Shown in pieces: positions 1-8,953 of a DNA stretch of 19,692 bases. The first letter of the stretch is position 1. Each line of letters opens with the position of its first letter. The translations under genes were made by a program, and so were the position numbers. The notes beneath the pieces are model-generated. The model had not been told where the DNA came from and did not search any database. It saw only the letters and a program-made list of their open reading frames with translations. The stretch comes from Candidatus Micrarchaeota archaeon (lineage in GTDB: Archaea > Micrarchaeota > Micrarchaeia > Anstonellales > Bilamarchaeaceae): positions 1 through 19,692 of the forward strand of contig JBDRIM010000027.1 of assembly GCA_043816005.1 (NCBI GenBank). The letters are read 5' to 3'.

Positions 1-2
1 GG

Positions 3-494
3 CTTGGACTATTGCTGGGTTTTTTATTTTGCTATTTTTTATTTGGCTTTGTAATCTCACCGCAGATAACAACAGTTTTTTCACCAGAAAATGGTCATGA
101 AATAATAGATCTAATTAACTCTGCAGAAAAATCAATTGAAATCCAAATGTATGTTTTTACTTCCAGGGACGCAGTTGAAGCATTGGAAAGAGCAAAACAA
201 AGAGGAGTGCAAATAAGAATTATAATTGAAAGAGATATTATTAGCGGCCAGAATTCTGAAATATATAATGAACTCAACTCAAAAAATATTCAAACACGTT
301 ATGCAAGTCAAACTTATGCATTAACTCATTCCAAAATTATTATCGTCGACGGTAAAACTGTCCTTGTGGGATCACATAATCTAAGCAATTCTGCACTTTA
401 TAAAAATCGTGAAGCATCAGTTATCATCTATGATCGTGTGATAGTCAACAAATTCATTGCTGTTTTTGAAAAAGATTGGATTCTTGCTGCCTAA
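3..494 (+). CDS. Membrane-anchored single-domain phospholipase D/nuclease (Nuc/PLD6-like) protein, probably 5'-truncated by the window edge
   Basis: One HKD motif (HSKIIIVD...GSHN) plus typical FSP, INSAEKSIEIQMY and NRE segments. Hydrophobic N-terminus LGLLLGFLFCYFLFGF. The frame is open back to base 3, so the TTG at 12 is probably not the real start. The stop overlaps the convergent ATPase stop by 4 bp. Confidence 0.88.
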   Translation, partial: LGLLLGFLFCYFLFGFVISPQITTVFSPENGHEIIDLINSAEKSIEIQMYVFTSRDAVEALERAKQRGVQIRIIIERDIISGQNSEIYNELNSKNIQTRYASQTYALTHSKIIIVDGKTVLVGSHNLSNSALYKNREASVIIYDRVIVNKFIAVFEKDWILAA

Positions 495-1450
495 TTTCGT
501 TGCAAAATATATTTACCATAAAGTTTTGCAAATATCCTATATCTTCCTCGTTCTATTCTGATTATTTGTCCACGATCTAAAAGTCTTTTTGTAAGTGTAG
601 CAACTGGTCCCATTGGTTTTTTCAATTCTTTTGCAATCTCAGAAACAAGCATTTCTTCCTCGGCTAGTTTCCTTAGTACCTCTCTTTCTGCTTTTGGTGT
701 TTCTTGATATAATCTCCCAAACCACTCATTCGAAAGCATTGTCATGATATATGGTAGATAAGAAAGATAGTGTCCTTTTGTTATTAATTTTTCATTCTCC
801 TTTAGTTTCTCATATATGTACCAGCATATCATACGTGCAAGTTTTGGGTTACCTCCGCTATCATTCAAAATGCTATGAATACATTCATCACCCATCTTTG
901 GAAGGCCTTTTTTCATTGCATTGTCTATCATTTCACGGATGTCATGCTCGTCAAATCGCCGTAATTCAATAATTCTATTTCCTTCTCTTGTAATTTCTCT
1001 AGTTGAGCTTAAAACAATTGAAATCGGTTTCTTATTCCAATAACTATTTACTAATCTCGTTAGTTTATCTGCCAGTTTTTCACTACCTGCGAGTTTTTCA
1101 ATCCCATCTATCATGATAATTGTGCCAGTTTTAATTTTTCTAATGGCATTTTCAAAATTTTTTTCATTTGCAAATGTTTTCCCTACCAGATCGCATTCAG
1201 TCTCGCTTTTTTCTGCTTTAATATAAATACAATCCAGGCCAAATTTTTCAGCTATCTGCTTGAAATTTCTCAGCAGTGTTGTCTTTCCAATGCCAGTTCC
1301 ACCGAATATTACTAACACTCCAGATTGTTTTGAAGCAGTTGCATTTGCAAAACTTTTGAATATTGTGATCTCTGTTTTTCTTCCAAAAACCTCTGAACTT
1401 TCAGGATTCCATGCAAATGGGTTTGGTCCTTTCATATTTTCCACCATCAA
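491..1450 (-). CDS. Archaeal P-loop ATPase (AAA_16/ATPase_2-like) with C-terminal winged helix-turn-helix
   Basis: NPF...FGR..E N-terminus, Walker A GGTGIGKTT, Walker B-like IIMIDG, helical-domain GGNP motif and C-terminal wHTH (VSEIAKELKKPMGPVATLTKRLLDRGQI...RGRY). The real start may be the ATG at 1435 after GGTGG. Confidence 0.82.
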   Translation of the reverse strand: MMVENMKGPNPFAWNPESSEVFGRKTEITIFKSFANATASKQSGVLVIFGGTGIGKTTLLRNFKQIAEKFGLDCIYIKAEKSETECDLVGKTFANEKNFENAIRKIKTGTIIMIDGIEKLAGSEKLADKLTRLVNSYWNKKPISIVLSSTREITREGNRIIELRRFDEHDIREMIDNAMKKGLPKMGDECIHSILNDSGGNPKLARMICWYIYEKLKENEKLITKGHYLSYLPYIMTMLSNEWFGRLYQETPKAEREVLRKLAEEEMLVSEIAKELKKPMGPVATLTKRLLDRGQIIRIERGRYRIFAKLYGKYILQRN

Positions 1451-1451
1451 T

Positions 1452-1484
1452 CTACAATAATTGTAGTTTTTGTATTTTTAATAC
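1452..1484. promoter_or_regulatory. Two inverted repeats in the divergent intergenic region; candidate operators
   Basis: CTACAAT-A-ATTGTAG (1452-1466) and GTATT-TTT-AATAC (1472-1484) lie between the divergent ATPase-wHTH gene and the 1604-aa gene. Confidence 0.4.
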
Positions 1485-1502
1485 TATCGTTAACCGTAGG
1501 CA

Positions 1503-1510
1503 TTTATAAA
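1503..1510 (+). promoter_or_regulatory. Archaeal TATA box for the 1604-aa gene (probably a leaderless transcript)
   Basis: TTTATAAA is centred about 27 nt upstream of the ATG at 1533, with no Shine-Dalgarno site in between. Confidence 0.6.
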
Positions 1511-1532
1511 TAACTTAAAACGCGTATATATC

Positions 1533-4500
1533 ATGACCTGGACGAAATATTTGGTTTTGGCGGCGCTGTTGTTGTTGCTAGTAACCCCAGTTTATGCTCA
1601 ATTTGGTTTTCCAAATACTGGTCCAACTAAAGACAGTCAAGTAATCCTTATGCGTTCCAGTGATAGTGACACTACACTAAACATATCTCTACTTGTATTT
1701 GAACCAGTTATCAGTGTCAGTGGAGATACTGAAAGAGACAAGATGAAAGAATTTCAAGAACTTTGTGTTGCAGAGGGTGCTACGAATATACTTCAATGTG
1801 TCTATCAAAAAGGGATCGATCATGGAGCGTTGACAAGAGATTATCAGATCAACATAACCTCTCCTGCTGGTGCTCACTTTGCAGTTGAATACTTCAATCC
1901 GCTTGGCGGTATAAATGCCAACCAATGGACTATTATACCTGGTTGTTCTGATGTTGTAGCTACAATTCATGGAACAGGCTACAGACCAGATTCAACTGGT
2001 GATATGCAAGCTTATGATTATTATTACGCTCAATGTGACCTCACACCAATTTCTCATACGGGCAAAACATATTTCAGAGTGTCATTTATACCTAGACCAG
2101 GAGAACTAATAAGTCCAAGTAGTGATGAAGATGTACTTATCAATTCACAAGCAACATTCTCAAATGAAATTACTGCTAAAATCCACGACATTGTACGTGG
2201 AGCATCGCTAAATAATATCGTACCTGGTCAAACACTTCCATGCCTTGGTTTCTTCCTTTTAATCGGTTTGTTATTATCATCACTTTATTTTGCAGGAAAA
2301 ACACCGATTTCTTTACTTGATATAACTACTCCAAGATTACCAACTCCTAAGGGTGTTACTGCTGGTGGTCAGATTCTAGCACCATTTGGTTATACTGAAA
2401 TGAAAAAAACAGCAAAAGACAAAATGGCATCAGTAATTGCACCTGTTCTCAGAACCTCAGCTATTCTTGCTGCTGCTGTTGCTAACAAATCAGCACTTAA
2501 TCGCCTTACAAATAGGATTACTTCACAGAAAGGTACAAGGGCAGATAGGGATGCAGGTGATGTTGATCAAGGAAGAAAAATAGCATCTGCATTGGTTACT
2601 GGTGGTCTGAATGTTGGTATGAAAGAATCAGAACTTGCTCATCTTACAACAAGATTACCATATCATTATGGTGATGCAGAACATAAAACCGTTGCAGAGA
2701 TTTTGCAAAAACTTGAAGCAAAAGGCGGTAGACACACTCTATTTGCTATGACTTTAAAGGATTATATAAATGGCCTTAGGGCATTCCAAAGTCTTGAAGT
2801 TCTTACTGCACATACAGACATCGGAAAAAGAAGCACAGCACACATGTGGTTTACAAGTAAACTCGGTAAATTTTATGGTGCTAACAGATATGCAGTTCTT
2901 GGTCCACTTATAGCTTCTAGTGTTGACTCAACTGTCAGAACTGGAAGGATTGTGGGCAGAATGTCTAAAGCAATGGTAACTGAAACCCCTAACTTGGTTC
3001 GTGGAGTTACTAAAACCACAATGGGTATTCTTGGTGGAAAACGCGTACTATCTAATTTGGAAGCAAGGGCAAAAAGCTCAAGTTCTGCAGCATGGGTGTT
3101 CGGTCAATTGAACAAACGTCCAGCTGACATAGTTGTTGGTGCAATGTTCCCAATAAATGATAAGATGGCACACTTATACCGGGCACTTAACAACGAAGTG
3201 CTTCGTGACCAGATGCGCTATGTTCTCAAACAACTTTACAGAAAAGTGGGTATGAAATTCGATATCTCTCATGAGGAACTTGCCCAAATGGGTCATATTG
3301 ACATAAATATACTCAAAAGATCAAATTTCCAAGCATCGGCAGAGCTTACTGCTGCAGAACATGAAGTAAGAAGAATACTATCAAACACCGCAATGACAAC
3401 TAATGATAAACTTCATGCACTCATGCAACTTGCACAAGCACACGGTGCACATATAGATCATAATATGGTTGCAGTCACAACACAGGTAGAAGCAATTCAT
3501 GCATCAGCTGAACCAGAACACTTCAAAATGATCCTTCTGCAGGAAGTTCTTGAACAACAGAACAAAGTTCGAATGTCAGCTACTACGGGTGGCAGGGTTC
3601 ATGATGATACATACCTTTGTCATGTTGGTGGTGACTCACTTAATGCAACTCATGCATGGGAAACAATGGTTTTGCGTACTATGATTTGGGATGGAGAACA
3701 TGGTTACCTTGCAGGAGGTATAAAAGAAGAACTGGTATCAGCTAGACTTAATGTTGCAAACAGATTGACAAGTCTTGATCCAACGAGTGCAATGGATCAG
3801 CTTCCAGAACATATGCGAAATGCAACACAACTAAAAGCAGTAACTGAAAGAAATAGAACAGACCTTATCTCATTGTTTACTGAAGAAGGAAAGAAAACAT
3901 ATTCAGAATTTGCTACTAGTGATTATGGAAAAAGTAAAAAGCTTCCTAGCGATATAAATTCAGCTTCCATTGCGCATCTAGTAGCATTTATGTACGGCGG
4001 CAAGATGGAAAGGTCAACTGAAATCGATAAGAAAACTGGCAAGATGATCTGGTATTCAGGAGGTAATATGGAACTCAGCCTTCCTGAAAAAGCAACTCTT
4101 GTTGATGTTAAAAGACACTGGGTGGGAGCTCTTGATTCAAGGGAAAATTATGCACTTGGACAATGGGTAGAATCACGTTTCACAAGAGGATATGTTCCTG
4201 CATTCAAAGCATCAATAGAAGCACAACTTGATCGTACACCTGGCTCATCAAACTGGACTGTAGAACAAAGAGCACACGAAGCAAAGAAACTCTGGGTTGC
4301 AGATCATCTTATGCGAGATATGGAACAAAGATTCAATTCACATTTTGGCAATAATACTTATGGTACTACAAGAGAAACATCAAGATTCTACTATGGTGTT
4401 CTCATTGGTTTCATGGAAAAAGCACTTCAGGAAAAAGGCTTTGATAACAATCATTCAGATGTTCAATTCCTTCAAAAAGTGGATACTACAAATCCAAAAC

Positions 4501-6347
4501 ATCTAGACAAATTAATGCAGATGATGCGTGCACATCAGGCTGAATATGACAGAGTTACTAACAGGGATATGACCTATGATGAAGTTGCAAAATCAGAAAA
4601 AGCAGTTGTTATGCTTCATGAAGGTGGTTTTGCTTATTACAGAAAAGGAATGGTATTAAGTGATTATGACCGTATACTTGCTGGCGAAACAACACTAAGA
4701 GACAATAATGGCCAAAAGAGAAGATTCAGTCCTGATGATACTGAAATGCAATTTGGTGCAAGACAGGATCTTGAAGCGGCATATGCCAAAATAAGAGGTT
4801 CAAAACATGCTGCTGAATGGGAACCAGTACTTGCAGAAATTAACAAATGGGCAAAAGAAGGTGGTTATGATTACAACCGCCAAAAAGTACTTGAGGCTAT
4901 ACTATGGCAAGGGAGAAATGCAACTCATGATTATCTACTTGGACAAAACTATAGTGAACTTACAGTTGAATCCAGACGTAATGTTGCTCCAGCAGCTCCA
5001 TCATTCTTAAGATTCTTTGGTGTTGAGGCACCTGAATTTTCACAAAAAGTCTGGAGGCCTGCAAGGGACATTGTTATGCATGGTCTTGATTATTGGTCAA
5101 GAATTGCCCTTATATCTGGTGGTCCAGTGCATACAACTTCCTATGATATAACTGCAGTTTCTGGTGCATACAGACTACACTCAATGAAATTAGCAACACA
5201 AATAATGGCAGGTAAATTTGCAGCAGATTTATCTGAGGAAGAAAAAGTATTATATCGCGGCGTAGCTATGAATAACCATGCATTCTTTCAATGCTGGCAA
5301 TATGGTCTTGACAGAAATCCATGGAGATCATCATCTTCATTTGGTACTCACCAAGCCTGGTCATCATTCTTCCAATTTGGTCCTGCAGTTCCATATGATA
5401 TGAAACACAATCTACGTGCTTACATGGATCGTGGAACATATTCTAACTTCATGTCATTCTATGGATTCCCAATGCAAGCAGCAAAGTTTATGATGAGGCC
5501 ATATGTTAACATGTTCAGAGGGTTCCAGATGTCTATGCAAGGTTATGCATCTAAATGGGATTCAACTGACGATGCACTCAGACAATGGAATTATACTAAT
5601 CCAAGAATTATGGAAGCACTTCAATCTATGAATCCATTTTCAGCTACTATGGCATCAGTTTTAGGTTTTGGAAGTAATAAAGCATCTAAACAAATGACTA
5701 AATTAAATGTGTTTGGTGGTAGTCTCGAAAGACATCAACTTGCAGGTTCAGATTTCCAAACTGGTCTTATGCAAAGTACTCCTGACATAATGCTACATAG
5801 AAAAGGTCTTTATTCAACAGCAAGAACTGGGGATGCAAATCCTGGTGAAACGCACTATGATTATCGTTCTACTCTCCAATTTGATCCTGCTATGGCAGAG
5901 TATCTGTACAGAACAAAAGACTCAACATTCAAATATGACCAAGCAGTTAGAGATGCAGCAATGGACAACACAACAAGAAGAACAGTTTCTGCAGAAGCAC
6001 TTAACATAAGAAGAAGACAAGAACTTGATATGTTTGGTTTCGAAAGAAACTCACTTTGGGGTTTCTTCAATCCATTACTTTTCTTCTGGCATCTTCCCGC
6101 ACCAGTTTTCCCACAATCACTTACACCTAGAGAACGTGTTTCAAAATGGATAAGCAATTCAAAAACAGGTCAAAGAACAAGCTTCCAAGAGAATATGACT
6201 AGGCTAGCACAAAGCACAGGAAATGGTGTTTCTAGGCTCCTTCAGCCTCATCGACTTGCCCAAGTTGTCTATTGTCCAACCTGTGGTATGTCAAGCTTTA
6301 GGGGAAGCAGATGTAAAAACCCAACATGTAAATCCTATCTTTATTAA
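1533..6347 (+). CDS. Very large single-pass membrane protein of unknown function with C-terminal Zn-ribbon motif
   Basis: 1604-aa ORF. Signal peptide (MTWTKYLVLAALLLLLVTPVYA|Q), ~215-aa ectodomain with 4 Cys, TM helix CLGFFLLIGLLLSSLYFA (2241-2294) and ~1350 aa after it. Terminal CPTC-x9-C-x4-C (6273-6329). No family recognised. Confidence 0.85.
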   Translation: MTWTKYLVLAALLLLLVTPVYAQFGFPNTGPTKDSQVILMRSSDSDTTLNISLLVFEPVISVSGDTERDKMKEFQELCVAEGATNILQCVYQKGIDHGALTRDYQINITSPAGAHFAVEYFNPLGGINANQWTIIPGCSDVVATIHGTGYRPDSTGDMQAYDYYYAQCDLTPISHTGKTYFRVSFIPRPGELISPSSDEDVLINSQATFSNEITAKIHDIVRGASLNNIVPGQTLPCLGFFLLIGLLLSSLYFAGKTPISLLDITTPRLPTPKGVTAGGQILAPFGYTEMKKTAKDKMASVIAPVLRTSAILAAAVANKSALNRLTNRITSQKGTRADRDAGDVDQGRKIASALVTGGLNVGMKESELAHLTTRLPYHYGDAEHKTVAEILQKLEAKGGRHTLFAMTLKDYINGLRAFQSLEVLTAHTDIGKRSTAHMWFTSKLGKFYGANRYAVLGPLIASSVDSTVRTGRIVGRMSKAMVTETPNLVRGVTKTTMGILGGKRVLSNLEARAKSSSSAAWVFGQLNKRPADIVVGAMFPINDKMAHLYRALNNEVLRDQMRYVLKQLYRKVGMKFDISHEELAQMGHIDINILKRSNFQASAELTAAEHEVRRILSNTAMTTNDKLHALMQLAQAHGAHIDHNMVAVTTQVEAIHASAEPEHFKMILLQEVLEQQNKVRMSATTGGRVHDDTYLCHVGGDSLNATHAWETMVLRTMIWDGEHGYLAGGIKEELVSARLNVANRLTSLDPTSAMDQLPEHMRNATQLKAVTERNRTDLISLFTEEGKKTYSEFATSDYGKSKKLPSDINSASIAHLVAFMYGGKMERSTEIDKKTGKMIWYSGGNMELSLPEKATLVDVKRHWVGALDSRENYALGQWVESRFTRGYVPAFKASIEAQLDRTPGSSNWTVEQRAHEAKKLWVADHLMRDMEQRFNSHFGNNTYGTTRETSRFYYGVLIGFMEKALQEKGFDNNHSDVQFLQKVDTTNPKHLDKLMQMMRAHQAEYDRVTNRDMTYDEVAKSEKAVVMLHEGGFAYYRKGMVLSDYDRILAGETTLRDNNGQKRRFSPDDTEMQFGARQDLEAAYAKIRGSKHAAEWEPVLAEINKWAKEGGYDYNRQKVLEAILWQGRNATHDYLLGQNYSELTVESRRNVAPAAPSFLRFFGVEAPEFSQKVWRPARDIVMHGLDYWSRIALISGGPVHTTSYDITAVSGAYRLHSMKLATQIMAGKFAADLSEEEKVLYRGVAMNNHAFFQCWQYGLDRNPWRSSSSFGTHQAWSSFFQFGPAVPYDMKHNLRAYMDRGTYSNFMSFYGFPMQAAKFMMRPYVNMFRGFQMSMQGYASKWDSTDDALRQWNYTNPRIMEALQSMNPFSATMASVLGFGSNKASKQMTKLNVFGGSLERHQLAGSDFQTGLMQSTPDIMLHRKGLYSTARTGDANPGETHYDYRSTLQFDPAMAEYLYRTKDSTFKYDQAVRDAAMDNTTRRTVSAEALNIRRRQELDMFGFERNSLWGFFNPLLFFWHLPAPVFPQSLTPRERVSKWISNSKTGQRTSFQENMTRLAQSTGNGVSRLLQPHRLAQVVYCPTCGMSSFRGSRCKNPTCKSYLY

Positions 6348-6354
6348 TTTTTTT
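6348..6354 (+). terminator. Oligo-T archaeal terminator
   Basis: T7 run directly after the TAA stop. The same TAATTTTTTTATTTC context follows the next gene. Confidence 0.55.
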
Positions 6355-6398
6355 ATTTCAGCCATTAGGAGAACATTTAAATTATAAAATGGGGTAAA

Positions 6399-8915
6399 AT
6401 GTTTATGCGATTGTCAGCTACTATAATAACTATTTTTGGTTTACTCATACTAATAGGCTGTCTTCAGCGTATAGGATCTAATTCATATACTGAGTATTAC
6501 AGAGATAACTTCAATCTTGTTGCAATATCAGATCCAAGTCAGGAAGACCTTTGTAAAACTGGTTCATGTTGGTGTATGGTTTGCCATAATGGAACTAATA
6601 TCTTTGGTCCTATGGCAAGCCTAGTTGGTGGTTCTTGTTATTTTGATAAAGAATGCAATGCAACAAAATTTGCTGAGATAAATTCTGGTGATTACGATAG
6701 CTTGATAATGCGTCATTTTATGGTTGGTCAAGGACCAACGTTCGGTGATTTTTCAACAGCAAATACATTCTGTAATAATCGGCTCAGTATGGCAGTTCAA
6801 TGGCTTCTAGGTTCAAATATCTCTTCTTATCTTGAACCAGATCCATCTCGTTCGATTTGCTTTTTGAGTAAAGATATTATTCCAGTATACATACTTTACA
6901 GTGGTGGTGCAAATATAGATATAACAGCAACAAGAAAGATAGCTGAAATCCTTGGTACTGAAGGCGATGATGTTTTTCTAGGTCGATTATCAGATGGACC
7001 AGTTGGTCCTGTTGTTGTTGTTACTGAGATGAATTTCAATGCAAGTCAAGCAGCGGAAGTCGCAGAACAAGTGCGTGTTATAGATGGCGCATGTCAAAAC
7101 GACCGTTCAAATGATGAGATACATTGCATAATTGCAGTTGGTCCAAAAATAAATGACTTTGAAGCTCTTGATGCAATAATGAACGAACCAGACATGCGAG
7201 AAAAAATTGACTTGGTTGCATATGGGGTCGATGGTAGATATGTACATAGTTGTGATGGCTCAAAAATAAGACAACAAGCTCTAAACTTTTCTGCATATTC
7301 TCTTTACACATATGGTAAACCATCTATTATTCCATTTGTGCTTTTTGATCCAGGTACAAGTGACATTGATAATTCATGTAATTGGAGCGAGTATGAAGTT
7401 GTAAATGCATATTCATCATTTTTCCCACTAGGTATCCAAGCACTTCAGAAAAAGGGAGTTATAGGAATTGCCCCATATTCGTTTAATACTACTGGTGGAG
7501 AGGGGATAGTAAATCCTCTTAATTGTTCAAATTGTGCAGTTGGTAAAACACCAGAAAGATTAAGAGCTTGGTATGGGGGCTGCCAATTATATACAGCATA
7601 CACACGGCAGGCCGGAGTTACAAACCCATCTGGCGGTACTTTATTGCTTTTTGGAAATGCATCAGGTGCAACGTGCAACTATAATGCTCAATTTGATTAT
7701 CTATCTTCAGTGCAATTTGCTAATAATGACCTTTTAAGACAACAGACAAATCCAATTGAAGATGCAACAGACAAGTACTTCAGTTGTGATGCATGTCTAG
7801 TAAATAATATTTCTAATCCAATGCCATTTAGTTTTGTCGGAATGAGTAGTGTCCTTACAACAGATACTCAATGTTCGTCATTCCCTGAAATAGATCAATG
7901 GGCAAGTGCTCGTAATCTTGATCCAATGCTTGTTCGTGCAATAATTTATGTTGAATCAAATTTCGAACCATGTTCTGCTTCAAAAGTATGTAGAGCAGGC
8001 TACAATGTTCCTGGTTGTTTTGATAATGATGATGGTGCAGATGAATGTTATAGCATTGCTTTTAACGAAATGTACGATCCAACTGGCACATGTACTTTTG
8101 TAAATGCACCTAATACAAATCAACCACAACCTGATTGGCGTTGGTGTGCTTTTGGCATGGTGCAGAGTTTAGAACCACCATATACTTTTTGGCCTGCTGC
8201 ATATACAGTTGATGGTAACAATGGTCTAAATTATCCTATTTTCCAGGCAAATGGCCACGGTTCTTTATTACTTTCTCAGGCAAAAATATGCAATCCAGTT
8301 GATTTCAATCCATTCGATCCTGCAGACTCAGCTTGTATGGGAACATACAAGATCGAAAAAAATCTGGGATATGCAAAAAGCTGGATAAATGCTCATCGTG
8401 GCCAGCTTAACTGGCAAGCTACTGATACTGAAAAAGAAAATGTTTTCGCTGCATATGTTGCTGCTCATATGTACCGAGGTGATTGGAGTGCCAATACTAG
8501 AAAACAAGACCATCCAAGATGTTCAGAGATTACAAAAAATGACAACTGCTGGGCAAGTGGATTTAGTACAAGCTGGCGTTACAATTACACATATTGCGCA
8601 TCTGATATAGGTCAGGCAGATACTGATAACTGTGATCATACTGTGCCAAGAAGAGAATATAACGAAAATGGTTTGCCAACAATTTGTAATGGATATACCG
8701 ATATAATAGAATACATGCGCACTTGTGAAACTCCATGGCTGAAAACTGGTCATGATTATGGTGCAAATGTATTGGCAGCTTATTTTGCTTTTACCGAGCG
8801 TTGTCCTAATAGTATGTGTCCTGATGGAAAAGCAATCTACCATGCAATGGGTATGGATAGTGAAATACCATCAAGTGGAAGTCCATACATACAAGATCCG
8901 CCTAGTCCACCATAA
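6399..8915 (+). CDS. Cys-rich secreted lipoprotein with C-terminal lytic transglycosylase (SLT/GH23-like) domain and possible N-terminal glycoside-hydrolase-like barrel
   Basis: Lipobox-like LLILIGC (C21) and about 36 Cys by my count. SLT motifs: IDQWASARNLDPMLVRAIIYVESNFEP (catalytic E519), AFGMVQ (cf. A.GLMQ), FDPADSACMGTYKI (cf. DP..NI..G..YL), AAHMYRG (cf. AAYNAG). The start could be 6405. Confidence 0.78.
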   Translation: MFMRLSATIITIFGLLILIGCLQRIGSNSYTEYYRDNFNLVAISDPSQEDLCKTGSCWCMVCHNGTNIFGPMASLVGGSCYFDKECNATKFAEINSGDYDSLIMRHFMVGQGPTFGDFSTANTFCNNRLSMAVQWLLGSNISSYLEPDPSRSICFLSKDIIPVYILYSGGANIDITATRKIAEILGTEGDDVFLGRLSDGPVGPVVVVTEMNFNASQAAEVAEQVRVIDGACQNDRSNDEIHCIIAVGPKINDFEALDAIMNEPDMREKIDLVAYGVDGRYVHSCDGSKIRQQALNFSAYSLYTYGKPSIIPFVLFDPGTSDIDNSCNWSEYEVVNAYSSFFPLGIQALQKKGVIGIAPYSFNTTGGEGIVNPLNCSNCAVGKTPERLRAWYGGCQLYTAYTRQAGVTNPSGGTLLLFGNASGATCNYNAQFDYLSSVQFANNDLLRQQTNPIEDATDKYFSCDACLVNNISNPMPFSFVGMSSVLTTDTQCSSFPEIDQWASARNLDPMLVRAIIYVESNFEPCSASKVCRAGYNVPGCFDNDDGADECYSIAFNEMYDPTGTCTFVNAPNTNQPQPDWRWCAFGMVQSLEPPYTFWPAAYTVDGNNGLNYPIFQANGHGSLLLSQAKICNPVDFNPFDPADSACMGTYKIEKNLGYAKSWINAHRGQLNWQATDTEKENVFAAYVAAHMYRGDWSANTRKQDHPRCSEITKNDNCWASGFSTSWRYNYTYCASDIGQADTDNCDHTVPRREYNENGLPTICNGYTDIIEYMRTCETPWLKTGHDYGANVLAAYFAFTERCPNSMCPDGKAIYHAMGMDSEIPSSGSPYIQDPPSPP

Positions 8916-8943
8916 TTTTTTTATTTCTAATTTTTTATTAGAA
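8916..8943 (+). terminator. Oligo-T tract plus AT-rich hairpin
   Basis: T7 follows the stop codon, then the inverted repeat TTCTAAT-TTTTT-ATTAGAA (8925-8943). Confidence 0.5.
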
Positions 8944-8953
8944 CTCCCAGTCC

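Noticed and set aside
1533..8915. Provirus or tape-measure/tail lysin region
   Set aside because: Both proteins have export signals, and there is no capsid, terminase, integrase or att site in the window.
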